Shown piece after piece: positions 42,853-55,029 of a stretch of 64,000 nt of DNA. The translations under genes were made by a program, and so were the position numbers. Each line of letters starts with the position of its first letter. The stretch's first letter is position 1. Source of the stretch: Octopus vulgaris (Eukaryota); NCBI GenBank assembly GCA_951406725.2, contig OX597828.1, positions 34,658,001-34,722,000 on the forward strand, given 5' to 3'. The notes below the pieces were generated by a model, which was not told the DNA's origin, did no database searches, and saw only the letters and a program-made list of their open reading frames with translations.

Positions 42853-43568
42853 TTGTGTGTCTGTGTTTGTTCCCCTAGCATTGCTTGACAACCGATGCTG
42901 GTGTGTTTACGTCCCCGTCACTTAGCGGTTCGGCAAAAAGAGACCGATAGAATAAGTACTGGGCTTACAAAAAGAATAAATCCCGGGGTCGAGTTGCTCG
43001 ACTAAAGGCGGTGCCCCAGCATGGCTGCAGTCAAATGACTGAAACGAGTAAAAGAGTAAAAGAGTAAAAGAGTAACTACAATTTTAAAAAATACCTGTGT
43101 AGAGATATAAAATACTCCGATTTACAGAATACAAATGATATCAGGAGGTAACTGAGTAGAGTTTTACAAGTCCAACAAGCTGTTTCTGGGGGTTTGGTGG
43201 CCCGAAATAATGATAGTTACTTGGATCCGTTATCAGATAACACCACCTCCGTCTTCAGGGGAGGATTTTACATTTCTGGTGTCGACAGGATGGATTACAT
43301 CTTTAAATTGCATCCTGTCAACACCTCAAATGTAAAATTCGCCCCTGAAGACGGAAGTGGTGTTATCTGATAATGGATCCGAGTAACTATCATTATTCCG
43401 GACCACCAAGCCACCAGAAACAGCTGTTAGACTTGTAAAACTCTACTCATTTAATTTCTGATATCATTTATATTCTGTAAGTCAGACTATTTTATAATCA
43501 TACACATGTACATTTTTTTCTATTAAATGTATTCAATATTCTGTGTAAATCGACCTGCCAGCTTGCTT
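42577..43568. mobile_element. Large decayed foldback (Penelope-like) element interrupted by SINE B
   Basis: 43107-43293 is the reverse complement of about 43311-43494, and 42580-42614 pairs with 43532-43567. CTGAAGA and GAAACAGCTGTT motifs occur in the right arm. Confidence 0.7.
42620..43073 (+). mobile_element. SINE family B, near full length
   Basis: High identity to 24762-25183. Confidence 0.93.
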
Positions 43569-43575
43569 CTCATTA

Positions 43576-43608
<33 letters not shown>

Positions 43609-44585
43609 ACACACACACATAATTGATAGATGTGAGTTTGTGTATAAGTTTATTCTTGTGCACAATGTTATATTGATGATAATATTCTGATGTTTTGGTA
43701 TTAGAAGCTCTCATTTGAAAGTGACTGAACAAATATTTTCACTGTTTGTTGTGATTGTCTGGCAGAAAGAAACCAAATTTATAATTTTGCAATTTACAAA
43801 AATGAAGAAAAAACAAAAAAAATTTTCGAAAATATTTTTTTGTGAATGGACGAATGGCGTTTACGATAACTGGTGAAGAATTACCGTCCATCAAGTATAA
43901 GATTTTGTTTTGTTGCATAAGAAATCGGGTGGAAGAATCATAAAAAAATAAACAAAGAAAACCTATAAACTCAGTGAAACCAAACGAAACTTAAAGGAAA
44001 CCCAAGAAAGGAGATTATGTGTCTTTATCGTTCATTGGTGCAATCTGAGATTAATTTTATAGCGAAAAGTCACTGACCGGGTTTTCGGTGATTGTCAATA
44101 GACTTGATTGAAAGGGAAGAATGACGAAAGAAAGAGACAGAGAGAGAGAGAGGAAAGAAAGAGAGAGGAAAGAAAGAGAGGGAAGAAGAAAAGGGAAGGA
44201 GAAAAGGATGAAGAGTGTGTTTGTCTGGTTGTGAAGGAGTTATTGATTCGTTTGTTATGATGGTGGTAACTAAATACAAGAACCGAAATATTTATAGCAA
44301 TACCGAAGAATATGGTTATATTTGTATATGGCTATGAAAAATTTTGCCGTAAATTCTGTTAATACTCCTGTTCCTGCACTTCCTCCTCCTCCTACTACTA
44401 CTACTACAAACCACCACCACTACAACTACTACTACAACTACTGCTGCTAATTCTCTTCACATGGTATATACGTGGGTCGTGGGCTGCTTTCTTTAATGTC
44501 TTCGAAGACACACTTTGAATGATTTCATAATGCAAGTGTCCTGTGTTCCGAAATATAAACCAGTAGGATTCCCTAGTTTTATCGC

Positions 44586-44655
<70 letters not shown>

Positions 44656-44689
44656 TCTATTTTGATGCCTAAAAGGATATTTCTTCATA

Positions 44690-44870
44690 ACATTTTTTTT
44701 TCATTCTGTTTATCGTATTCTCTTCCTTTAATTGTTTTGGATGTTGATGACTTTTCTTCTTGCTGTGTCCATAAGACTTCCTGTCTCGGCCTTTAAAGCT
44801 GTCCAGGCTAGACTGTCTCGATTCACACTATCCAGCTTGTTGATGTTCAGGATATCTCACAATTAAACAT
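44690..44870 (-). mobile_element. Possible decayed R4/Dong-like LINE fragment
   Basis: Minus strand gives AWTALKAETGSLM, resembling the LKxETE motif downstream of R4/Dong RT. It abuts a (TAA)n tract. Confidence 0.35.
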
Positions 44871-45399
44871 TCTTATTATCTATATCTAAGAACTAGATAT
44901 AACACTATGTACCAACTGTCACGCTAGTGATACAGCTAATACGGTACGCCAACATATTTTCCAGTGTAAATGTGTTATTCCCAACGACTTTTTCTTGTTA
45001 TTTTAATCTTTTTTTCTGGTTGTTTGTATTATTGTTTCACACGTAGACATTAACCTTTCTTCCTTTAAAAACAGAAAAGAAATTATATTGACATCATATA
45101 AATTTAGAAACTGCGATAGAACGTGAAATAATTATTGTTTTGAATGATGAAACTTGAAGCAAATAAATCTATAAATAGTCCTTTCTATTATTGGAACAAG
45201 GTCTGAAATTTGTGGGGAGGATGTCAGTCGATTGCAGCGACTCCAGCACTTGACTGGTATACATTTTTATCAACCCCGAAATGATGAAAGGTAAAGCCGG
45301 TCTTGGCAGAATTTGAACTCAAAACTCGGTGTGCTAACGGTTCTTTTCTAAGGCACAATGCCCGAAATTCTAAACATGTTAAGTAATACAAGTAATGAG

Positions 45400-46780
45400 T
45401 AATATGAGTATTTTTATCCATTTCGTAGAACTCGTAGTTCTTATATTTTTCAAAAAGTTCTGCAATCCTAGCGGCTGATTTTTTCGCTTTTGTTTCTCTT
45501 ATTAAATCTTCATTATTGCTGTATAACGCGACTATCCCGCTGTCTTCTGCTTCCTTCCTTACTATTTTTGGTTTGTCTCTTCGCAGTTTTTTTTTTTTTT
45601 TTGTTTTGGTCTTAGTTTGACCTATTTTTGTTGATTTGAGCTTTCCATTTTTCTCTTGTTGTTAGTTGCTTACTTTTCTTCTGTTTTCTCTCTCTCTCCT
45701 CCTTACCATCGGTTTCTTCCTCACTGTCTCTACAGTGTTTTTTTTTTATATAGCCCAGCTGACCACACTGGAAACATCGGGGCTTACGCCCCTCGACGAA
45801 TACGTTAACAAAATTCCTCCCGAATTTCTATTTTCTCCGGTAACTGATCTAAAATTGACTGTTCTGATTTATTAGGAGGTGAAACGTTTGACCGGTCCAA
45901 TAAGCCTTTTCTGTGACGGTAGTCTGAAGGAGTGTTATATTATCTTCCTTTTTTACCAGGACTGCTGCCATCAACCACATAGGGTCGACTTGAGGTGGGA
46001 TCCTTGGTATACGTATCTTTAACGTCCTCATTCCCATATATATTGGAATTAAAACAACCTCCTGCGTTTCTAAAGATTAAACTGAGTGCACATTTGTAGT
46101 TTCTATATCTTTTAGTTGTACTTCGATAGTACCAAACTTCTTTCCTCTGGCTAGGTATATGATATCCTGCCAGATGGGTTTCAAGCACTTCTCAACTTTC
46201 TCTTCGCTCACTCGATCAATTTTTTGTTTCTTTTAGACAGTAAAATTTAAAAATAATTGTTTTTCTTTTTTCTAACATTAATAGTTCTTCCGGGGGTTGA
46301 ACTTTCGCAACACCGTCCTCAATTCTTCTCATATCTTTGTACTTTATCAAGTCATATTTGTTTGTCGACAGCTGGCGGGTTCCACCTCCAGCCACCGACG
46401 CAAAACTTCTCTTTTGTTTATTTTCTTCTGTTTGAAGGCTTTTCACGTCAATATTCCTCTTTGCAACAGTACACAGTGATGGTTAGGGAAATTCATTTTC
46501 AGAAGAATCCGAAACATCGCCAAATATTAAGCTTTCAATCTTTTTTGCCTCCTTGTCGGTTGACCACTCTTCGCCAGACGAAGTTACACTTTTCGGCATC
46601 TTGCCAGCAATTAATGTTTCCCCCACAGGGGAAAACACACGATAGTTTTCGAACGGAGGCTATCACACAAGTAATTATAACAGGAACAATAATTATAACA
46701 GGAAATAACTCAAAAACAGTCGATAGAAACTTGCACTTACTTGCACTCCAATAATAATTACCAATAAATCCAAATTCACA
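45400..46780 (-). mobile_element. LINE ORF1 (gag-like, CCHC) element, decayed, no ORF2 seen
   Basis: ATG at 46599 (MPKSVTSSGEEWSTDKEAKKIESLIF), then SFASVAGG, GKKFGTIEV, IPPQVDPMWL, YWTGQT and VNVFVEGRKPRCFQCGQLG across frameshifts. Confidence 0.82.
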
Positions 46781-47217
46781 CAGACGAAATACCTATTTCT
46801 TTACTACCCAAAAAGGGCTAAACACAGAAGGGACAAACAAGGACAGACAAGCGTATTAAGTCGATTATATCGACCCCAGTGCGTAAATGCTACTTATTTA
46901 ATCGACCCCGAAAGGATGAAAGGCAAAGTCGACCTCGGCGGAATTTGAACTCAGAACGTAGCGGCAGACGACATACCTATTTCTATTTCTTTAATATCCA
47001 CAAGGGGCAAAACACAGAGAGGACAAACAAGGACAGACAAATGGATTAAGTCGATTACATCAACACCAGTGCATAACTGGTACTTAATTTATCGACCCCG
47101 AAAGGATAAAAGGCAAAGTCAACCTCGGTGGAATTTGAACTCAGAACGTAACGGCAGACGAAATACGGCTACGCATTTCGCCCGGCGTGCTAACGTTTCT
47201 GCCAGCTCGCCACCTTA
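46781..47217 (-). mobile_element. SINE family A tandem array directly 5' of the ORF1 element
   Basis: Two units, each tail joined to ggtat(t/g)tcgtctg (junctions at about 46793 and 46977). Confidence 0.92.
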
Positions 47218-48204
47218 AATAAAATTATAACTAATAGCGTGGAAATGATAGTCTAACATTTATACGCTATTTGTATCTATCTATTTCGAGTTTCACTATT
47301 ATAAAGAAGAATCATACTTTCTTTGTTTTTATGTAAGTATAGTTGACGATATTATTCATGTCATCTGAACAAATATTTCTTAAACATAAAATGTCTACAT
47401 CGTATTCTCTTTTCTCCGAAGGTAGAAAGTCGGCAAGCATTATTATGGAAATCGTATTCCAATGCCATCACCGCTGCAGTGTCGTAGAAAATATCTGCCA
47501 TTCAAGCGGAAAGGCGTAACAAATTTCTTTTCCCAAATGGGAAACACATATTTCAATTGAATTCGACCTCTTCTTTATTGATACAGGGTTAGCAAAATAA
47601 ACACAAATCTTACGATGAAGAAAACAAACATTGTAACAAGACAAATCAGGAGCTGCTTCAATACTCATGACTCAGCAATAAAATCGCCACCAAAAATAAT
47701 AATGGCTTTCTAAAACAAAGGAGACAAGACCACACTTTTGATGAGAGGGTATGGTTGAGTATACCCACACCAGAATTCGGCTGGCACATGTTTTATCGAT
47801 CCTGAAACAAGTAAACACAGTGCTCAATCTGAGAATTGATCCCTCGACATTATGATGGTGAGACGAACTTCCACTAACCAATAAGTCATGCATTTTCACA
47901 ATGGCTAAAAATAAACGGAAACAAATAAGACATGCGACAAAAACAAATCAAACAATATTTAATAAATGACAAATAGCAGACGGATGGGTTCTTGGTTTCA
48001 GGAGAGAATTGGATACAAATTCCTGGTAGTATTTATTCTGCTTCTTTATCTTTCGAATTCAAATCATACAGGACATTTTGTTTTTATTGCCTCCGCCAAA
48101 ACGGAAAGTACAATTCAAATCAGAAAGATATGACTGCAGTGGTTTCTCGGAATTTTGTCCGACGCTTTATCAACTCTGACAAGCCAATGCCTTTGTTTTA
48201 CGTT

Positions 48205-48381
48205 TAATATGTGGCAAGAAGTTTGTTTCCCAGCGACATGGTTCCGGGTTCAATTCTACTGCGTGTCACTTTGAGCTGATGCTTTCTGGTATTGCCTCAG
48301 GTCGACCAAAGCCTTGTGACTGCATTTGCTAGACGGGAACTGAAATAATCATATATATATATATATATGTGTGTGTGTATG

Positions 48382-48422
<41 letters not shown>

Positions 48423-48587
48423 TTGTATGTGTGTGTGTGTGTGTGTGTGTCTAATGCGTGTGTGCGCGTGTCTCGCCACCGCTTCATAACAGGTGTCGGT
48501 GTGTCTATGACCCTGTAATTTCAGCAAAAAGACCGTTAGAATAAGTACTACACTTCAATCATAATAATCGATTCTTTTCAATAATAA

Positions 48588-48637
<50 letters not shown>

Positions 48638-48725
48638 GGATTTTAATAGTTACGAGGGTTGATTAGTTCGACTAAAATTCTTCGAAGCAGTGCCCCAGCA
48701 TGGCCTCAGTCTAATGACATATGCG

Positions 48726-48775
<50 letters not shown>

Positions 48776-48930
48776 CTTATATGATTGGCTTTCGCATAGT
48801 TTCTATCAACGAAATTCACTCAAAAGATATTGGTCAGTCTATGGTTGTAGTAGAAGACACTTGCCTTAGAAGCGGCGCCGTGAGACTAAACACGAACCCA
48901 CGTGATCGCAAAGCGAGCTTCTTAAGCGCA
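48205..48930. mobile_element. Degenerate SINE B copies (plus 48205-48720; minus 48785-48930)
   Basis: Homology to intact copies. Confidence 0.75.
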
Positions 48931-49695
48931 CATCTCTGCAAATGGAGTGGACTTCAGTTGTTTCAGTCGACGCCTTTACATGTCGAACATTGCTTAGCCT
49001 CGTTCTGAACTAATGCTGTTTCATTTAACGCGGTTAAATGCTACAGCTTTCTATTTTTTGAAATACTTCAGCGTCTCTTATTCATCTTTTAATAGCTCAG
49101 ACTTTTTTGCTCTTTTTTTTTTGTATTGATAAAATTTTGATTTCATTTTTTAATCTTATACTTTTTATATTAACGGAAATTTTAAACGTCAGATTAAATT
49201 CTTTAAAATGTTCTGCTTTGACCTTCAACTTTGTGGATTCGAATCCTGCTGGATTTGATTTTTATTTTATTCCCGGATTTCCATCCAATCTAAATTATTG
49301 TTCCTTTTAATAAAGTTAAGAGTGTTAACTCACGGCAAAACATCAAGATGTTAGTTTAATTTTTCAATATCTTATAAATTTACATGGGAATTAAACCTTC
49401 TTGTGCTCTAGCTAGCTAGAAGATTATTTCTTGCTCGGAAGCGCTCATGTAAAGCCTTAATCCACCTTAGTTAGTTCATGCGGATAAATTTAGTGTATTA
49501 TCCGCTACTCTAATAATATTGCTGCGCCAGTGTTCACAGATTTTGTGCATTCGATTGGCACAAAAAAGTGTGATGTCATATGTTGCAACGAGATAATGCT
49601 TTCAAACGATGATTTGTAAGTAAATAAACATAAATTAAATAATTGCAAAAGTGAACGAAATATCAATAGAAATGATTGCAAATGATACTTTTGTA

Positions 49696-49948
49696 TTACA
49701 GAAATGTACTTGCATAGCAAGTGACCTGATCTGAGATCGTGTGCTGGAACGAAAACAATTGCAGCGTGGAAGGTGTTTATAAGCCATTTAAGAAACACAC
49801 AAAAACCGTTAGATTCATTTCAACATTTAAATTTAATTTGTCAAAATATTTTCGTCGCTTTAACAAATTAAATTTAAATGTTGAAGTGAATCTAACGGTT
49901 TTTGTGTGTTTCTTAAATGGCTTATAAACACCTTCCACGCTGCAATTG
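49696..49948 (-). mobile_element. Short Penelope-like insertion with inverted pLTR copy and 13-bp TSD
   Basis: 87-bp inverted arms (49755-49841 / 49863-49949, one mismatch). TSD tgatacttttgta at 49683-49695 and 49949-49961. The loop holds a hammerhead 3' half on the minus strand (cGAAAATATTTtgac). Confidence 0.78.
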
Positions 49949-50194
49949 TGATACTTTTGTAGTAATAATCAAATTCAATGAAAATACGGGAGAAAGTCAA
50001 AATTTTGATATACATTTCTAACAGAGGCCCAAACCATATATTTTACAAGAGAAGTTTCGTTGACGTAATCGTTCCTAATAGTTTAATAAGTTAATGATTT
50101 CTAGGACTCCATAAATATGACAGGCAACGTTGACCTCGGCAGGATTTGAAATCAGAACGTAAAGTTACAGAAGTGAATACTACTAAGCTACGAA

Positions 50195-50362
50195 TTCTTT
50201 TCTACTTTAGGCACAAGGCCCAAAATTTTGGGGGAGGTGGCCAGTCGAATAGATTGACCCTCAGTACGCAACTGGTACTCAATTTATCGACTCCGAAAGG
50301 AGGAAAGGAAAAGTCGACCTCGGCGGAATTTGAACTCAGAACGTAAAGACAGACGAAATACC
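50195..50362 (-). mobile_element. SINE family A body starting at the GGTATTTCGTC site
   Basis: Minus strand reads ggtatttcgtctgtctttacgttctgagttcaaattccgccgagg...; it carries the alternative tail. Confidence 0.9.
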
Positions 50363-51112
50363 AATTTCTTTATTGCCTACCGGGAGCCAAACATAGAAAT
50401 GAACAACTGATGGGATCAGTAAAGCGATATGATTTTACATATAATGTGACTTAAAAAATTTAAATACAATATTAAAAAATCGAATGGAATTAACAATACA
50501 AAGACAATACAAATGAAGAGATGATCAAGCAACGCTCCGACCCCACAAGCCCCGATCTACCGGTGGTACCTTTTTTTTTGTTCTTTTTTTTTCGTCTATT
50601 CACACGGTTCCTTGCATGCACAACACTCGTGCAAAATGCTTCCATCTCTTTTGGAACGTACACTCCGAGAGACATCACTTCTCCAGCCACAGCTTCCTTT
50701 TCAAATTAAAAGTAAAAAATGATCGTAAATTGTGTCCAGAGATAAAGTTGCCTGTCCTAATTCCTTTTATCCTAGTCTTCCATACTGCCTCTTTCGCTAT
50801 TGTTACAACCGTGAGAAAACAATTCTTACCTTCGTTCGTTAAAACTCCCGAAGGGTCAATTTTTATAATTGACTCAGTCGACAGTCGTACTCTTCCTTCG
50901 CCGGACAACAGGTGTTCAGCATAAGCCCACATTTCAGATATCTCCGGACACTGGACAATAGCATGAGGGACGGTTTCCCTGTCCCCTCCCCCTCGCATCT
51001 TGGACAGGTCGGAGACTGACGCTCACCGTGTCTTGCGAGCTTATCCCAAACGGGCAAGACATCTCTGTAGCATTGCCAGATTAAGGATTTTGGGAAGTTT
51101 CCAATGGAGGTA
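50363..51112 (-). mobile_element. L1/Tx1-like LINE 3' end (ORF2 zinc finger and 3' UTR), 5'-truncated
   Basis: LPVWDKLARHG...TCPRC...ETVPHAIVQCPEISEMW (C-terminal CCHC of L1/Tx1 ORF2), then AKEAVWKTRIKG and FNLKRK. Tail ggtaggcaataaagaaatt. Confidence 0.85.
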
Positions 51113-51313
51113 ATCGATTTGTTAAAATTGCCGAAATGCTCGAAATTTCAGACGAAATATCTTACAAACTATAGAATTTTCTCAATAAAGCCAAGAGAAA
51201 ATGATGTTTTATAAACACATTCTACCAGTATACGAAGTTTAAAACTTTTTTAGTTACCTAGAAATTATGTTACAAAGTGCCGTTCAAAAGGAAAAGATCC
51301 AAATTTTAATATA

Positions 51314-51347
<34 letters not shown>

Positions 51348-52099
51348 CACATTCGCACATATATATGCACATAATGCACGCATACACACATATACACACG
51401 TACCTACACACACACTAGCACAGGTTCGCACATATACCTCCAACACACAGTACACATACAGACACGTACACAATTACACACACATGGGCACAAACACACG
51501 CGCACACACGCACGTAAGCACACACACACATACACACCTATACATATACATACAATATATGCATACAAGCACACACACATATATACGCACACATAAATGT
51601 ACACACAACTACACGCACATACATACACACACGCAAATGAACCCACACATACCTCCCATACACTCACTCATACATACACGCACACAATTATACATACATG
51701 TATACACACATACGCACATACAAGCACACATACGCAAAGTAAAGCATGTTGTAAGCATAAATATTTAGCAACATTTAATATTCTAAACTTTAAAGTAAAA
51801 AAAAATTAATTTTTAAACGTAAAATCTTTAAAACTTTTTGAAAATACGTTCTGGATTAGATCCACTGAATACTTATACACAAATCTTTAATTATTTCTTT
51901 GGATAACAATATATCAGTAAAACAAATGGAAATTCGCATAGGCTATCATTTGCATGATTAGCTAAAAATTCACCTGTCAATCCTTTACATTTCTTATTTA
52001 ACCTGGTAAAATCCTCTTAGACTTTAGTGCGAAGTACGTTCGCTGCAGTGTCAAGACGTTATGTCTTTTGTGTGAAAAAAAAAAAATGTCGTAATGAGA

Positions 52100-53700
52100 A
52101 CGAATCGCGCGAGGCGCTTGCTGCTGCTTGCCGTTGTTTTTTTCTCATTTTAGGGGAAAGAAAAGATGTCGTCCCTCCGTCATGGATACCTATGCGAGGG
52201 TTGCTGCGACAAGAAGTGTCGCATCACTGGGTTTTAAAAAGAAAATGTTACAATTGATAAAGAAGAAATATAGAGATGTGAACAGTACGTGAGAAGGGAG
52301 GGAGAAAGCATCAAGCTGATCCCTCCAGCAGAAACAACAGAGGATAAGAACCTTAAAAAGATTATATATAAACTCAAGATACGAACACAAAGAAAATAGT
52401 ATGGATATCAGAAGAAATAGAAAAGTGTCTTGGAGATGTAATGGAAAGAGCAACATACGCCAGCAGAGGGAAAAGTTCGGTACGGTGGAGGTGAGGTTTG
52501 CCACAAGTGAAGAGGCGGCCTCGCTATCTACCGCTATCTTAAGAACAGAAAGGTTTACAATGTTACCCCTTTACAAAGGAAGAAGAAGCATAAGGATTAA
52601 GATTCCGAACATACCGCCGGAGATAAAAACGGAATGGCTGGTGACAGCGATTCTAGGTTCTACAAAAGACGAACCCGAACTTGGTACAGTTACCGAAACT
52701 AATATAGTGAACTGGAAGGGATTCAGTGTCGAGATGTGGCTTATGGCCACAACAGAAGACATAGAGAGAATCCCCTTCCAGATAGAAGTGGAAAATGAAC
52801 CAACGATAAACATTATTGTCGAAGGAAGGCGACCCAACTGTCATCTGTGCGGAACTAGAGGACATATAAGGACTGAGTGTCTATTATATGAATTTACACA
52901 AAGTAAAGAGACAACAGAAAAGGAATAAAAAGAGCAAAAGAAACAATAGCGACAAGACAAAGTTCAGAGAAAAAAAACAAGAAGGACAACAAGAAGAGAG
53001 AAATGGAAAAACCAAAGGAAGAGAGCAAAGGAGCTACCAGCCCCAAAAGTAGAAAAAGATCGAAGCCGAGGGAAGACTCAGCGGAAACAAAAGGTAATGA
53101 TACGTTTAAATTTTATGGAGCATTTGTAATATACAAAAGATCCTATGAAATAGAGAAAAAAGGATCGAGAATGAAGAGAGTAACAAGAGTAAGGATGGGA
53201 ACCAAGTATGACGAAGACGAGATTGGTGTTTTAGTCCCTGCGGACAGTTACGCCAATTTCATCGAGGTCGCCAGAAAGAAAATACAAGGAGATAAGAGGT
53301 GTCGGTTGATGGATCATCCACCTCCCGTAATGGATTATCAGGAGCTGAAAAGAAAAATAGAATATCTCTGAAATTTATGAAAAAGTGGAAAATGTTACGA
53401 AAAACTATGTTTGTGAAATTTAATTTTTTGAACTGTGAACTTCAATTGTAATTTTGTGAAATTGATATGTAATTTTGTAAAACTCAGTTATAATCTTTGA
53501 GAAAATCAATTACGGGAAAAGACAGACAAAATGTAACCACTCCACTTCGGGGTTCGAGTGAGCATTGCGCCTCATTATAATATCTTATAATTTATTCTTT
53601 TTTAATTTCTTCGTCTTTATTCATTCTCTTTTGTTATTTTATGTTCCCCAATTGTACTGTCCCCATCTATGTATAGTCCTTTATGGATAATAAATAAACC
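52100..53700 (+). mobile_element. ORF1-only LINE derivative with LINE-type 3' tail
   Basis: ATG at 52182 (MDTYARVAA), ORF 52401-52928 with a CCHC knuckle, ORF 53003-53371, then about 330 bp of UTR ending tgtccccatctatgtatagtcctttatggataataaataaa. Confidence 0.8.
52182..53371 (+). pseudogene. LINE ORF1p-like nucleic-acid-binding protein (RRM-like region and zinc knuckle), disrupted
   Basis: EKFGTVEVRF, IKIPNIPPEI and INIIVEGRRPNCHLCGTRGHIRTEC (Cx2Cx4Hx4C). Frameshifts near 52290-52400 and a stop at 52928. Confidence 0.85.
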
Positions 53701-55029
53701 TAGACTCAAAGAACGAAGTCCGTCAGATTCTGTCACTTATTCTTCGATACTCAAAAATTGAACTTTCACCAACTGAACTGGCGCCATGTAGTGCGTTACT
53801 GGATTTTACCTCGAGAAAGGAACTCTGAGGGCTGAATTTCGACTAAAGCTTTTCTGACTGAGGTATGGCGTAATACTTTCAATCGTTTCTTTTAATTTAT
53901 TTCCTAACTTCATAATACCCATTATATAGGTCAGGTGTTTATTCTTTATGCCTATAATCTTACATTTCATTTTTATGTCTATATTTTATCATGAAACTCT
54001 TAACATAAATATGTGAATATTCGTATGGAATAATACCTCATGCGCTACATTTGAATTTGCTTGTCTGAATGTTTTAAGACAAATATCTGAAATTTTTTAT
54101 CATATACCACATTTTATTAATCCTTAGCTCATACGGAGAAAAAAACAGTTGTACTATATACTTAAAATCTCATTTCTAAATTTTTTATGCCTAAGATATT
54201 TATTTTCTATTCTGGACTGAGGTAACTCGTCCAGAGGTTATAGAGAAAGAAATAGAAGAGTGCCATAGTTAACATGTGAAATTGGTTGAACGATATTTCG
54301 GCATCTAAGATATTTATTTTCTATTCTGGTTTTTATATATATCTCATTATTTCAATACTTTCTATTTGTATCAATTTATTTTAACCCAAACATAATACGA
54401 TCCTTGTACTAACGAAAGAACAAGCATGTCCTCTGGAACTTTTATCTTCCACCGGTGTTTGTAATAGATGGTGACATGTGCGATGGTTTTGCCATCATCT
54501 TATATTTTAGAGAAATTGGAAGCCCCGAATGTAAGCCACCACTTTATGCATAATTCAATAATTATAGTTCTCTATTTCCAACTGAAAATTCTTTTTCTTC
54601 TCGTTCAGCTACAGTTATAAGACGCATTCTTGTCTGTCACTTGACAAAGCTTTTTTTCTCCAGCATTCACCACTTCACCTCGTTATGGTTAAAGTCCTTA
54701 CCGATTTTTTTCACTGTCCCGTTTTGTTAGCAGCTTTGACGCTCCACGTATCTCAAATTTTATTTAATTTGCTTTGGGGGGAGCAATTGCTTTGACGAAG
54801 ACGCATCTTGTTACGATGCTTGCAATGCTAAATAGATAAAACTGCCAACAACTGAGAAAGGGTTGTTTTATATGTTGCCTTCTCTCTATAGTTCTCTATT
54901 TATAATTGAAATTCTTTCTTTCATCTCCTTCAGCGTCGAGTCGAGTTGTCTGTAATAGTGACACCAGTGCCATAGCGCTGACTGTGGACTGGTAGTGGTG
55001 AACAGTCACCGCAATGGCTCTCATTGGGG

